The notes below the pieces were generated by a model. It worked only from the letters and a program-made list of their open reading frames with translations, did not search any database and had not been told where the DNA came from. From NCBI GenBank assembly GCA_963707985.1, contig CAVPRW010000017.1:318879-382878 (forward strand): DNA of 64,000 bases. The letters are read 5' to 3'. Source of the DNA: an uncultured Nitrospinota bacterium (GTDB taxonomy: Bacteria > Tectomicrobia > Entotheonellia > J063 > CAVPRW01). Of this stretch, positions 1 to 11,579 are shown piece after piece. How positions within the stretch are numbered: the stretch's first letter is position 1; each line of letters begins with the position of its first letter. A program made the translations under genes and the position numbers.

Positions 1-2
1 GT

Positions 3-842
3 ATACGCACCGGCGGGCTGAATCCGCACCCGACGATTCATGTCGTGCAGGAGGACGGACCACTGGCCCTCATGGACGGCGACGGAGGCATCGGGCAATT
101 GGTAGGCGTCCGTGCCATGGAGCACTGCCTGCACCTTGCCGAGGTGCATGGATTGGCACTCGTGGGGGTGCGTCGGTCGTCATCGCTGGGCGCGATGTCG
201 TATTATGCCATGATGGCTCTGTCGCGTGGGTACATCGGCTTCGCGGCGACCAACACGGAGTTGCGCATCGGCATGCCACCCTGGGGCGGGGTGACTCCAA
301 CCCTGGGGAACAACCCCTTTGCGGTGGCCATACCGGTGGCAGAGGGCGTTCCGATCGTCGTTGACATGTCTCTTACCGCGACGGAGCCTCAGGGAGAGCA
401 GGCCGGCATGATGACGCATCGGCAGGCACTGCTCGGGGGTGGCAACGTCGCACGTGCCGTCATGGGGGGGCACAAGGGTTATGCGCTGGCGGTCGTCTTG
501 GAGATTCTGTGCGGTGCGCTGACCGGCGCCGGCTTTGGTCTGGCACATGCTCATGAACGCATCGGTTCGTTTGCGACACCGCCAGACTTAGGCCACCTAT
601 TTCTGACTGTGAATGTTAACCGTCTGATGCCGGTTCTGCTCTTTCAGGCGGGCGTAGCCAGACTCATCCAGCAGCTTGGAGCCTCGGAGTTGGCCACGGG
701 TAGCGAGCGCATCTATCTGCCGGGCGAACTTGAATTCAGGCGTCGCGAGGCGCGACTCCAAGACGGCATTCCTCTACCAGAAGAGGCCATGACCACGTTG
801 CAAACGATCGCCAAAGACCTTGGGCTGCCCCTTGAGATCTAA
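3..842 (+). CDS. Ldh_2 family (malate/lactate/ureidoglycolate dehydrogenase-like) oxidoreductase, 5' end outside window
   Basis: Open from window start; DGDGGIGQ, LGNNPFAVAIP, GGHKGYALA, IYLPGE motifs. Confidence 0.85.
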   Translation: MRTGGLNPHPTIHVVQEDGPLALMDGDGGIGQLVGVRAMEHCLHLAEVHGLALVGVRRSSSLGAMSYYAMMALSRGYIGFAATNTELRIGMPPWGGVTPTLGNNPFAVAIPVAEGVPIVVDMSLTATEPQGEQAGMMTHRQALLGGGNVARAVMGGHKGYALAVVLEILCGALTGAGFGLAHAHERIGSFATPPDLGHLFLTVNVNRLMPVLLFQAGVARLIQQLGASELATGSERIYLPGELEFRRREARLQDGIPLPEEAMTTLQTIAKDLGLPLEI

Positions 843-858
843 ACCCAATTGCCGGGAG

Positions 859-1368
859 ATGACTATGGATACGTTCCAGTGTATCCGCACGCGGCGCACC
901 ACCCGCGCCTTCTTGCCGACAGACGTCCCCCAACAAACCATCCAAAACATTCTGGAGGCAGGCCGTCTCACCCCTAGTGCGCGCAATTTGCAACCCTGGC
1001 ATTTCGTTGCGATCCAGGACAGGAACATGCTGAAACAACTGAGCCTTTTGTGCACCAGTGGACGCTTCATCGAACAGGCGCGCTGTGCCGTCGCCGTGGT
1101 CACCGACCCTACCAACAACTGGCATGAAATCGATGGGGCGCGAGCGGTGCAGAGTATGGAGCTGGCGGGATGGAATGAAGGAGTTGGCACCTGCTGGATC
1201 GGCAACATGAACCGGGACCGTATCAAAGAGCTCCTGGGGATTCCCAATTCCCTGCATCTCTTGACCATCCTGCCCTTTGGCTACCCGGCTCAGGCCAATG
1301 CTCCCCGGCGGCGGACAAAAAAACGCCCGGCGGAGGTCTGTCATTGGGGACGGTTCGGACAACATTGA
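859..1368 (+). CDS. Nitroreductase family protein
   Basis: RRTTRAF, PSARNLQPWHF, GVGTCWIG, LPFGYP. Confidence 0.9.
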   Translation: MTMDTFQCIRTRRTTRAFLPTDVPQQTIQNILEAGRLTPSARNLQPWHFVAIQDRNMLKQLSLLCTSGRFIEQARCAVAVVTDPTNNWHEIDGARAVQSMELAGWNEGVGTCWIGNMNRDRIKELLGIPNSLHLLTILPFGYPAQANAPRRRTKKRPAEVCHWGRFGQH

Positions 1369-1424
1369 GCCTATTGCCCTTCAGCCCTCGCAGTGGCCGA
1401 GAGGTTTGTGGGAGAGAAAGTTTC

Positions 1425-2160
1425 TTGCAAGAGCCCAGGATCGCAGGCGGCCATGGGGTCATCGTGGCCATGCTGATGCTACTTGTGTACGGCCTTGCCA
1501 GCCAGGCGACCGCCGAGATATACACCTGGGTCGATCGTGAGGGGCAGTCCCATTTCACCGATAATTATGCCATCGTGCCACCGGACTACCGTGACCGTGT
1601 TCAGTCCCGCCCAAGTTCTCCCCCCTCGCCACTACCTCCCCTGTCAGCACCTTCCTGGACACCCAAAAAGGAGAAACCGTCGAAGTCCTCACGGCCCCCT
1701 CGTCCGGCAACGAGGGGGCTGGCGAAAGTGGTCGCCGTGCTCGACGGCGACACCATCATCATCGACGGTGGAGAGAAGGTCCGTTATGCCGGTCTCAATA
1801 CTCCAGAGACCCACCACCCTGACAAGCTACCCGAGTATTGCGGCCAGGAAGCCTTTGAAGCCAATCGTCGTCTGGTGGCTGGCAAGACCGTCCGGCTCGA
1901 GTTTGACGAACGTCGACGTGACAAATACGGACGCCTCCTGGCCTACGTGTATGTGGACAGCCTGTTTGTCAACGCCGAGCTGATTCAGCAGGGGTATGGG
2001 CAGGTCTCCACCTACAAAGACAACCAACGCCATCATGACGACTTCGCGCGCTTACAGCAAAGACGCCATCGCGGCGCGACGTGGCATGTGGGGAGGATGT
2101 GGGGACCTTCGTACCCCTAGAACACCGTCGAAACCCTATCCCCCACGCGCAGGACGGTGA
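1425..2160 (+). CDS. Exported DUF4124 + thermonuclease (SNase) protein; +1 frameshift near 2060; start uncertain (1425 or 1470)
   Basis: IYTWVDREGQSHFTD; VLDGDT, VRYAGLNTPE, DKYGRLLAYVY; SNase C-terminus DAIAARRGMWG lies in a shifted frame. Confidence 0.8.
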
Positions 2161-2169
2161 CAAGGATGC

Positions 2170-2345
2170 TGTTGCCAGGCGCGAGAGCATTGGCATGCTT
2201 CGGATCGAGGTAAAAGACTTCGGAGCGGTGGCTCAAGGTAAAGCCCATCCCCGGCACGATACCGCCACCGTTGGGCGTGGCCGGGAAACGATTGCCTTCC
2301 GCATCGACCTCCGAGAGATGGGTGGTACCATCGCTGCTGCTGTCG
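2170..2345 (-). pseudogene. Gamma-glutamyltransferase small-subunit fragment
   Basis: Minus strand reads GTTHLSEVDAEGNRFPATPNGGGIVPGMGFTLSHRSEVFYLDPKHANALAPG; no start, no C-terminus. Confidence 0.7.
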
Positions 2346-2475
2346 TGAGCGGCGTCTCCGCTGCCAAGCTTCTCTACCCTTGGGAAATTGCACTAATCGC
2401 GATGGATCTACGAATTCTCCAATTGCACTCCTTCAAACGCCATGCAGATAAACACTCACATTGGAGGTTTCAGGC

Positions 2476-3534
2476 ATGCTGACATCAGCCCTGATTTTTA
2501 CCGTGGTGGGCACTGGGCAGGCGGGTTATAGCGGGGATAGGGACATGGCGCGGCGTGCCGCCCTCAATCAGCCGTTTGACGTCGCCCTGGACAGGCAGGG
2601 TAATCTCTATTTTTCGGATGCGTACAACCACTGTGTACGACGTATTGAGCGCGCCAGCGGGACGATTACAACGGTCGCCGGCACCGGGGACGCGGGGTAT
2701 AGTGGCGATGGCGGCGTTGCGATCCGGGCTCAGCTCAATTCCCCCTATGGCATCGCCCTTGACACCGCCAATAATCTCTACATCGTCGATCGCCTCAACG
2801 CTTGTATCCGTTTGGTCGAGGCCGTGACGGGGATCATTCAGACCATTGCTGGCACCGGTCAACCAGGGTATGGCGGCGACGGCGGCCCAGCGCTCCTGGC
2901 ACAATTGCAGGAACCGAATGACATGGTGCTGGATGGCCATGGACGTGCCTTCATCGCCGATGTCCAGGACCATCGTGTGCGCGTCGTCGATCTGGCCTCC
3001 CGCGTCATCACCACGTTCGCCGGTACTGGGGAAGCTGGCTCGAGCGGCGACGGCGGCCCGGCCGGTCGTGCCACTCTGCTAGGACCGCGCGCCTTGGCTT
3101 TTGGCCCAACAGGGGATCTCTACATCTGTCTGCGCAACGATCATAAAGTGCGGCGAGTCGACATGCACACAGGGATCATCCGAACTGTGGCCGGAACCGG
3201 AGAACGAGGCTACACTGGCGATCATGGGTCGGCGTTGCGGGCCACCTTCAATGGACCTAAGGAAATCGCCGTCGATAGCCAAGGAAATATCGTGCTCGTC
3301 GATACCGAAAACCACTGTCTCCGGCATATCGACGCGGCCAGTGGGGTAGTCACCACCGTCGCCGGTACAGGACACGCGGGCGGCAGCGGCGATGGGGGTC
3401 CAGCCATAGCAGCGATGCTGAAACGTCCCCACGGGGCATGCCTGGACGAAGGGGGCAACATGTATATCGGTGACTCGGAGAATCACCGGGTGCGTTTCGT
3501 CTCCCTTCATGGTGCAGATGGTCTGCCCTGGTAG
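2476..3534 (+). CDS. NHL-repeat beta-propeller protein
   Basis: Repeated TVAGTGxAGYSGDGGPA...LNxP units; GGAGG RBS. Confidence 0.9.
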   Translation: MLTSALIFTVVGTGQAGYSGDRDMARRAALNQPFDVALDRQGNLYFSDAYNHCVRRIERASGTITTVAGTGDAGYSGDGGVAIRAQLNSPYGIALDTANNLYIVDRLNACIRLVEAVTGIIQTIAGTGQPGYGGDGGPALLAQLQEPNDMVLDGHGRAFIADVQDHRVRVVDLASRVITTFAGTGEAGSSGDGGPAGRATLLGPRALAFGPTGDLYICLRNDHKVRRVDMHTGIIRTVAGTGERGYTGDHGSALRATFNGPKEIAVDSQGNIVLVDTENHCLRHIDAASGVVTTVAGTGHAGGSGDGGPAIAAMLKRPHGACLDEGGNMYIGDSENHRVRFVSLHGADGLPW

Positions 3535-3588
3535 CCCGCATGCCTGGTTATCTCTGCACAGGCAACCGGCAGGACACCAAGTGTCAGC

Positions 3589-3897
3589 TTAGCCGATGGC
3601 TTCCAGCCAGGCCGTCACTGCCGCCTCCAATTCCTCCAAGGGAAAGTGTTGTGGAGGGCTGGTAGCATCGATGCGATCTTCGATGAGCCCGCCTTCGGCA
3701 GACAAATATAGGCAATAGGCATTGCCAATACGCTCCCACGAAGGCAGCACTCCAGCCTTCACGTCAACGATCTTGGCTAAGAGATCCCTCGCCCAGTCAG
3801 GGCTTCGTTGAATATCGATGACGAGAAAGGCGGCGATCAGGTCGCGCGCGCTATCGTTGGCGCCTTTTTTCGGCCAGGAAAACTGTTGATCGGGCAT
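3589..3897 (-). CDS. Small YacL/UPF0231-like protein, putative immunity protein
   Basis: 102 aa; SWERIGNAYCLYL and FPLEELEAAVTAW pattern; directly downstream of EndoU gene. Confidence 0.55.
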   Translation of the reverse strand: MPDQQFSWPKKGANDSARDLIAAFLVIDIQRSPDWARDLLAKIVDVKAGVLPSWERIGNAYCLYLSAEGGLIEDRIDATSPPQHFPLEELEAAVTAWLEAIG

Positions 3898-3948
3898 GTC
3901 TTATCTCCATTTTCGTCGTTCGCCGAGTCGCGCCTATGGCGTGGCACC

Positions 3949-4521
3949 TCACCGTAAGGGGAAAGCCGTATTGACACGACCGTTGCTCAGCTTGGCCATG
4001 GCGATTAGGAACAGGGTGTCGTCAGACGCCGCACAGAATGGGCCTGTGTCCTGTACGGTTGATGTCGGTCGATTCGGGCCGCAGACCGCCCACTGGGGAG
4101 CATTCGCCGGACAGCGGCTGGGGTGGGTGGCGGCATACGCGATTGAGTTCAGGACTTCCGGCATGGAGCAGGCGTCTGGAAACATCGTGGAGAATTTCGA
4201 CGATCGTGGATGAGCGCTGTAGCTCCACGATCCACCATAAATCCCCTGAGCGTTTGCCGGTTGACTAATGCTGAATCGGGCAACTATTGCGGGGTTGAGC
4301 CCTCCGGGTCGAGAGTGGAAACCTGCTGGAGCATCGGTCTTCCACTCACCACAAAACACATGCACCTGGTTCACTTGTGGAGGCTTGGGGCGCTTGGTCC
4401 AGTGCGCCAGCATAGTGCAGTCGACGGCCACCGCGGTGGCGCCAGCGGAGACGGAGACGCAGCCGAGGACAATTAAGGCCAGGAGGCATACTCCTAGTCT
4501 CCGGGTAGCGTGTATACACAT
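3949..4521 (-). CDS. Secreted bacterial EndoU nuclease domain protein
   Basis: Signal peptide; HVFCGE, GFHSRPGG, KFSTMFP and terminal NTAFP motifs (His-His-Lys). Confidence 0.8.
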   Translation of the reverse strand: MCIHATRRLGVCLLALIVLGCVSVSAGATAVAVDCTMLAHWTKRPKPPQVNQVHVFCGEWKTDAPAGFHSRPGGLNPAIVARFSISQPANAQGIYGGSWSYSAHPRSSKFSTMFPDACSMPEVLNSIAYAATHPSRCPANAPQWAVCGPNRPTSTVQDTGPFCAASDDTLFLIAMAKLSNGRVNTAFPLR

Positions 4522-4609
4522 GCGGGGTCTCCTCGCTTAATGGCGATTGGACGGGTTGTTGGCAAGCGGTGGCTCTTGTGGCGACCCTTGGAGGAAAGGA
4601 GGTGACAAC

Positions 4610-5569
4610 ATGGTACGAGACGGCTCTATGACCAGACGCTCTTCATTCATGGCTGTGCTCCTCAGCATTGGACTGTGCATGTCCGCCCTTGGTCAAGGCC
4701 CCGGACGATGGATGAGCGGCGCGCCCATGCCTTCAGAGCGTTCGGAGGTCGCGATGGCGGCAGTGGAAGGCCGAATTTATGTCGTGGGCGGATTCGATGG
4801 TCAAACCGAACTGGAGGTCTACGATCCGACCGCCGATCGGTGGACACGTGGCGCCCCATTCCCACGGTCGTTGCATCACGCTGCCGCTGTGGGACTTGCC
4901 GGCAAGCTCTTGGTCATCGGCGGTTACATCGATGGGTGGATTGCCTCCGATTTGGTCTACGAGTATGATCCAGCCACCGCTCATTGGCGCCCACGAGCCT
5001 CGATGCCGACGCCTCGGGGGGCATTGGCGGCGGCGCTGATCGATGGCAAGGTCCATGCGGTTGGTGGCGTTGGGCGTGACAGACGCAATACCGGCGCACA
5101 CGAGGTCTACGATCCTGCAATCGACAACTGGACAGCGCATGCGCCCTTGCCGACGCCGCGAGACCACCTGGCTGCGGCGGTGCTGGGCCGACGGTTATAC
5201 GTCCTCGGCGGTCGGGTCGATGGACGCTACTCTGACAATTTGGCTAGCAACGACGAATATGATCCCGTCATCAATCGCTGGCAGACTCGTAAACCCTTGC
5301 CCACTCCGCGAAGTGGCATCGCCGCCGCCATTCTCGACGGCAAAATTTTCGTGTTCGGTGGAGAGGCGCCCTCCGGCACGTTTCATCAGGTTGAGGCCTA
5401 CGATCCACAGTCTGATCGTTGGCACACCTATGCCCCCATGCCCACAGCCCGGCATGGTTTGGGGGCAGTGACAGTGGGGGAGCGCCTCTACGTCATCTCT
5501 GGCGGACCCACGCCCGGCGGTTCCGCCTCGTCCAGCAACGAGATTTTTACCCTCTTGCCCAGCCCATGA
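4610..5569 (+). CDS. Exported Kelch-repeat protein
   Basis: Six GG...YDP...W...PMPxxR repeats; signal peptide; AGGAGG RBS. Confidence 0.9.
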   Translation: MVRDGSMTRRSSFMAVLLSIGLCMSALGQGPGRWMSGAPMPSERSEVAMAAVEGRIYVVGGFDGQTELEVYDPTADRWTRGAPFPRSLHHAAAVGLAGKLLVIGGYIDGWIASDLVYEYDPATAHWRPRASMPTPRGALAAALIDGKVHAVGGVGRDRRNTGAHEVYDPAIDNWTAHAPLPTPRDHLAAAVLGRRLYVLGGRVDGRYSDNLASNDEYDPVINRWQTRKPLPTPRSGIAAAILDGKIFVFGGEAPSGTFHQVEAYDPQSDRWHTYAPMPTARHGLGAVTVGERLYVISGGPTPGGSASSSNEIFTLLPSP

Positions 5570-5963
5570 CATTGCCTCCGGGCTTTTCTGAGCTTTGGCC
5601 ACAACCTGTGCGTGGACCTACGTCACCTGTACCTTTCCTACCATGCTAGGACCAATTGCGCAACAGTGTTCAGGTCCTTGGGCACAGCGCTGTGCACCCC
5701 CAGACAGCTGCCTGGGAACTAGCCTGCAGTCATCGGGTCTAAGGAGTTGTTATGATCGAGCGGTATGCTTATAGTTAACGATCAATGATGGGTGAGTATC
5801 GTACTTGTTACAGGAGGATGAAACGCATAAGGATGAGGTTGGATTGTTCTCATGCATGGATGTTCACGGTTGTTCCTCACACCGGCATGCCCTGCCTCGA
5901 TGGCTGGCATAGCACCATGTCGCGGTGACGAGGATGGCATTAGGGTACGAAAGGGAGGAAGAC

Positions 5964-7025
5964 ATGTCACGTCGATCAATGCTTGGGATTGGGGTAGCAC
6001 TCATGATCGGTGTCCTACTGGTAGGGTCACCGGGGGCACCCTTGAACGCGGCCGCTACCGGTCAGTCCCAGACACCACCTGCACCGGTGGTTGCCGTCGT
6101 GAACGGCAAGGAGATCACCGAACAGGAGTTACTCGATCGGGTCCGCGGCGAGATGTCCAAACTCGAGGCGCAAATGTATGAGGTGCGCCGTAATGGAGCC
6201 GAGGAGTTGATATCCGACTATCTCCTCGAACAAACTGCGCAGTCTCGTGGATTAACCAAAGATCAGCTCTTGCAACAAGAGGTCGAGTCCAAGGTCAGCG
6301 AGGTCACCGACAAGGACGTCGAGAATTTTTATGCCGGCAATCAAGCACGCATCCGCAAGCCGCTCGACGAAGTTCGGCCACAGATCCTCAACTATCTTCA
6401 GCAGAACAAACTGACCGAGGCCAGGCGTATCTATCTCAAGAATTTGCGCGACAAAGCGCAGGTGAAGGTGTATTTGACGCCGCCGATCGTCGACGTCAGT
6501 GCAGCGGATGCTCCCACCAAAGGTCCTGCCAATGCCCCGATCACTATCGTCGAGTTCTCAGATTTCCAGTGCTCCTATTGCAAGCGTGTTGTCGACGTGC
6601 TCGATCAGGTGTTGGGGCACTATCCTGACAAGGTGAAGCTGGCATTTCGTGATTTTCCCATCGCAAACATTCATCCGCAGGCGGAAAAAGCTGCTGAAGC
6701 CGCCCACTGTGCGGGGGAGCAGGGCAAGTTCTGGGAATTCCATGACCTGCTCTTTGAAAAGCAGGACGCTATCCCAACCTCGAATTTTGCCGAGCATGCC
6801 AAGACCCTCGGACTCGACGTCTCAACTTTTCAGACCTGTCTCGATGGACATAAGTACCAGGAGAAGGTCGAGAGCAACTATGCCGCTGGTGTCAAAGCCG
6901 GGGTCTCGGGAACTCCTGCGTTTTTTATCAATGGTCGGCTGTTGAGCGGGGCCCAGCCGTTGGAGGCTTTCAAGGCCGTGATCGACGAAGAGCTTGAACG
7001 CCTGGGACTCCAGGCGCAGCGATAA
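5964..7025 (+). CDS. DsbA-family thioredoxin-fold protein with SurA-like N-terminal domain
   Basis: EFSDFQCSYC, RDFP, GVSGTPAFFING; signal peptide. Confidence 0.9.
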   Translation: MSRRSMLGIGVALMIGVLLVGSPGAPLNAAATGQSQTPPAPVVAVVNGKEITEQELLDRVRGEMSKLEAQMYEVRRNGAEELISDYLLEQTAQSRGLTKDQLLQQEVESKVSEVTDKDVENFYAGNQARIRKPLDEVRPQILNYLQQNKLTEARRIYLKNLRDKAQVKVYLTPPIVDVSAADAPTKGPANAPITIVEFSDFQCSYCKRVVDVLDQVLGHYPDKVKLAFRDFPIANIHPQAEKAAEAAHCAGEQGKFWEFHDLLFEKQDAIPTSNFAEHAKTLGLDVSTFQTCLDGHKYQEKVESNYAAGVKAGVSGTPAFFINGRLLSGAQPLEAFKAVIDEELERLGLQAQR

Positions 7026-7176
7026 CGGGCGGGCAAGGCACCTCGCGGCAGGACCCCCCTTGGTAATTGCACCGATTGGCAGGCTCGTGGCGTAGGGGGT
7101 ACCTGGAGGCACCCAGGCAGACACAGGACCGCCGCGATGCGACAGGCGTTAGCTGCGAGTGGGCTGCATTTTCCTG

Positions 7177-7206
7177 TTGACACAACGCGCTACAGAGCTG
7201 TAGAGT
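7177..7206 (+). promoter_or_regulatory. Sigma70-type promoter of thiC leader
   Basis: TTGACA-N18-TAGAGT just upstream of riboswitch. Confidence 0.6.
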
Positions 7207-7219
7207 GGGGCGCAATCAC

Positions 7220-9219
<2,000 letters not shown>

Positions 9220-9449
9220 GCTGCGACTTGCCCCTGTCGCGATAGGCAGACCAAGGGGATAGCCGTATCGAGATCGCGGGGCGCATTCGATGGCGAGTGT
9301 GCTCCTTGCGTAATTCGCAGATAATGGAGTATTGTAGGCTAAATGACTCGCGAACAGGTATGCTGGTGCCCACTGCTCTCATACAGATGGAGCCGTGGGC
9401 GACCTCGTCACCGATGTTTAGGCGACAGCGGCGTGGGGAGGAAGTCGAC

Positions 9450-9824
9450 ATGGCCATGACAGGAAGAGACCTGGTTGAAGCCGCCCGGAAAGCGGTGCCT
9501 GAGATGTCCAATACGCAGCTGCAGGAACACCTGACCTCGGGGACCCCCATCCTCATCCTGGATGTGCGTGAGAAGGAGGAATGGGACGAGGGGCATATTC
9601 CCCAAGGGACCTTGCTCCCACGCGGCCGACTCGAAGGGCGGGTGGAGCAGGTGGCACCTGATCGGAATGCGATGATCGTCACCCATTGAGCGGGGGAAGG
9701 TCGAGCTGCCCTGGCAGGGCAGACACTGCGCCAGATGGGCTACACTAATGTGTGCTACCTGACTGGCGGCTTCAATGACTGGAAGGCAAAAGAATTGCCA
9801 ATCGAGCGTCCGTCGCCCGCGTGA
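9450..9824 (+). CDS. Single-domain rhodanese with in-frame UGA (probable Sec) at the active site
   Basis: LDVRE..EW..GHIP, then VTH-TGA(9687-9689)-AGEGRA...MGYTNVCYLTGGFNDW in the same frame. Confidence 0.85.
9700..9724 (+). promoter_or_regulatory. Candidate bacterial SECIS hairpin
   Basis: CTGCCCT-GGC-AGGGCAG stem-loop; loop starts with G about 23 nt after the UGA. Confidence 0.65.
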
Positions 9825-10056
9825 GCCCCCTAACGCTGACACGGACTCCAGTGGAACCGTGGGGTGCCAAACTCACCCGACACCTGTGCCGCCCGCCCTG
9901 GCACATGGGATAGCCCCCGGAAACCCGACCTGGACTCTGTCACGGGTGGGCACCATGGCGGGCGAGTACCCACCAGAGGAAATTTTATCCTTCGAGATCT
10001 GGGCTCATGTTATGAGCCCTGCTGATCAAGACCGATCAAGAATGCGGGGGTAAGCT

Positions 10057-10482
10057 ATGCGCATCGAAGCGGGCAAAATGGTTTGCCTGGAGTATGTGCT
10101 GTCGCTCGTGGATGGTACGGTGGTCGATTCCACCGAGGGGAGCGGGCTGTGGACCTATGTGCATGGCGAGACCAAAATGCCGCCTGGTTTGAGCCGAGGC
10201 GTTGAGGGGCTTGAGGTGGGGGGGCACACCCGCCTCGAGCTGTCCCCCGAGGACGCCTTTGGCGCCATCGATCCCGCGGCGTTTCAGGATGTGCCGAGGG
10301 TGATGGTGCCCGAGTCGGCCCTGCGGGTGGGTTACGCTGGCGAATTGCCTGGCCCTGGGGGGACGCTCATTCCATTTAAGATTCAGGCCATTCACGAAGA
10401 GACCGTGACTCTCAATCTCAATCACCCCTTGGCCGGTGAGCCTGTCATTTTCGAAGTGTGGGTGCGGCATATTCAGGATTAA
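10057..10482 (+). CDS. FKBP-type peptidyl-prolyl isomerase (SlyD-like, no His-rich tail)
   Basis: LSPEDAFG, LNLNHPLAGEPVIFEV. Confidence 0.9.
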   Translation: MRIEAGKMVCLEYVLSLVDGTVVDSTEGSGLWTYVHGETKMPPGLSRGVEGLEVGGHTRLELSPEDAFGAIDPAAFQDVPRVMVPESALRVGYAGELPGPGGTLIPFKIQAIHEETVTLNLNHPLAGEPVIFEVWVRHIQD

Positions 10483-10732
10483 GGCGGTTCCGGTGGCTTC
10501 GCCTGAAGGCTCGGGTGCAAACCGCTTGACAGCAAGGCGACGATTTGATACGTAGCACCAAACTCTGAGAATTCACACAAGCCTATCGGATGTCTATTGG
10601 AATGCCCGCCGTTCCCCATGTGCAAGGAGCGGTATACCGATAGGGTAATGGGGGGTTGGAGCTGTAGGGGGGACAGAGAAACTGTGGCGGTAAGACCCTT
10701 ATCCATCCGGTAGCCAGGCTGCGAGGTACGCT

Positions 10733-11164
10733 ATGCGGCGAGACACCCAGAAGCGCGCAACACGTCAGTTAGAGGCTGTATTCCAAGCTCTCCAGGGCGA
10801 CCCCACTCATCCATTCGCCGATGAGATCTACCGCAGGGTTCGCAAGAAATTGCCGCGGATTAGCCTCGCAACCGTGTATCGGAACCTGCAGCGCTTGGTT
10901 GAGGACGGCAAAATCCGTACAGTCCTCTTAGGAGAGCGGGTAGCACGCTACGACCCCGAGACCAGCGATCACGATCATTTTATCTGTGAAAGCTGCGGCC
11001 GGGTGCAAGACTTGTTCTTAGAGCGGGATCGGCAGGTAGACCTGACGCCGTTGACGAGCGATGGCTATATTGTGACCACGCATAACTTGACGGTCTATGG
11101 GTTCTGCCAAGCCTGTGTGCCGCGCAATGACACCTCAACATCAGCGGGCATGACTTCCGCGTAA
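10733..11164 (+). CDS. Fur/PerR family transcriptional regulator
   Basis: HPFADEIY, ISLATVYRNL, HDHFICESCG, YGFCQAC. Confidence 0.92.
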   Translation: MRRDTQKRATRQLEAVFQALQGDPTHPFADEIYRRVRKKLPRISLATVYRNLQRLVEDGKIRTVLLGERVARYDPETSDHDHFICESCGRVQDLFLERDRQVDLTPLTSDGYIVTTHNLTVYGFCQACVPRNDTSTSAGMTSA

Positions 11165-11326
11165 TATCAGAGACGACCGAGTCGCGGCATAGTGATTTCC
11201 CTTAACGCGATGCGTCAGCCCAGGAGCTTATCAGTACTTTCAAAGCTAAACGTAGGCTTTCAAGCTGCGGAAAAGCGGTCCTTGGGGGGCGTGGAAAATT
11301 TTTTGCTTGCCTTTTTTCAGTTTTCA

Positions 11327-11341
11327 TAATAATAATTATCA
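11327..11341. promoter_or_regulatory. Fur-box-like operator overlapping a probable -10 element
   Basis: TAATAAT-A-ATTATCA, 13/14 match to 7-1-7 TGATAAT-N-ATTATCA. Confidence 0.65.
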
Positions 11342-11579
11342 CTAGCATGAAATGGAGCAAGTCGGTCATCTGGGCTGGTTTGGGACGAATAGCCGTCTGG
11401 TTTCATGCCGATGACTTACTCACGATTGCAGCGCCTGAGAGTATAGTGCTCGCAGAGCTTCGGAGGATAGGTTGACTACCGCACGGGGTCAGCCGGCGTC
11501 GACATCGTTGGGTCGACGTAGCATGCAGACGATGGTGACGCTTCAGCATAACTCATAACGACAAGAGGGAGACCTGAGT

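Noticed and set aside
2476..5569. Repeated DNA units as possible CRISPR or tandem array
   Set aside because: They are NHL and Kelch protein repeats; no repeat-spacer array or cas genes seen in the window.
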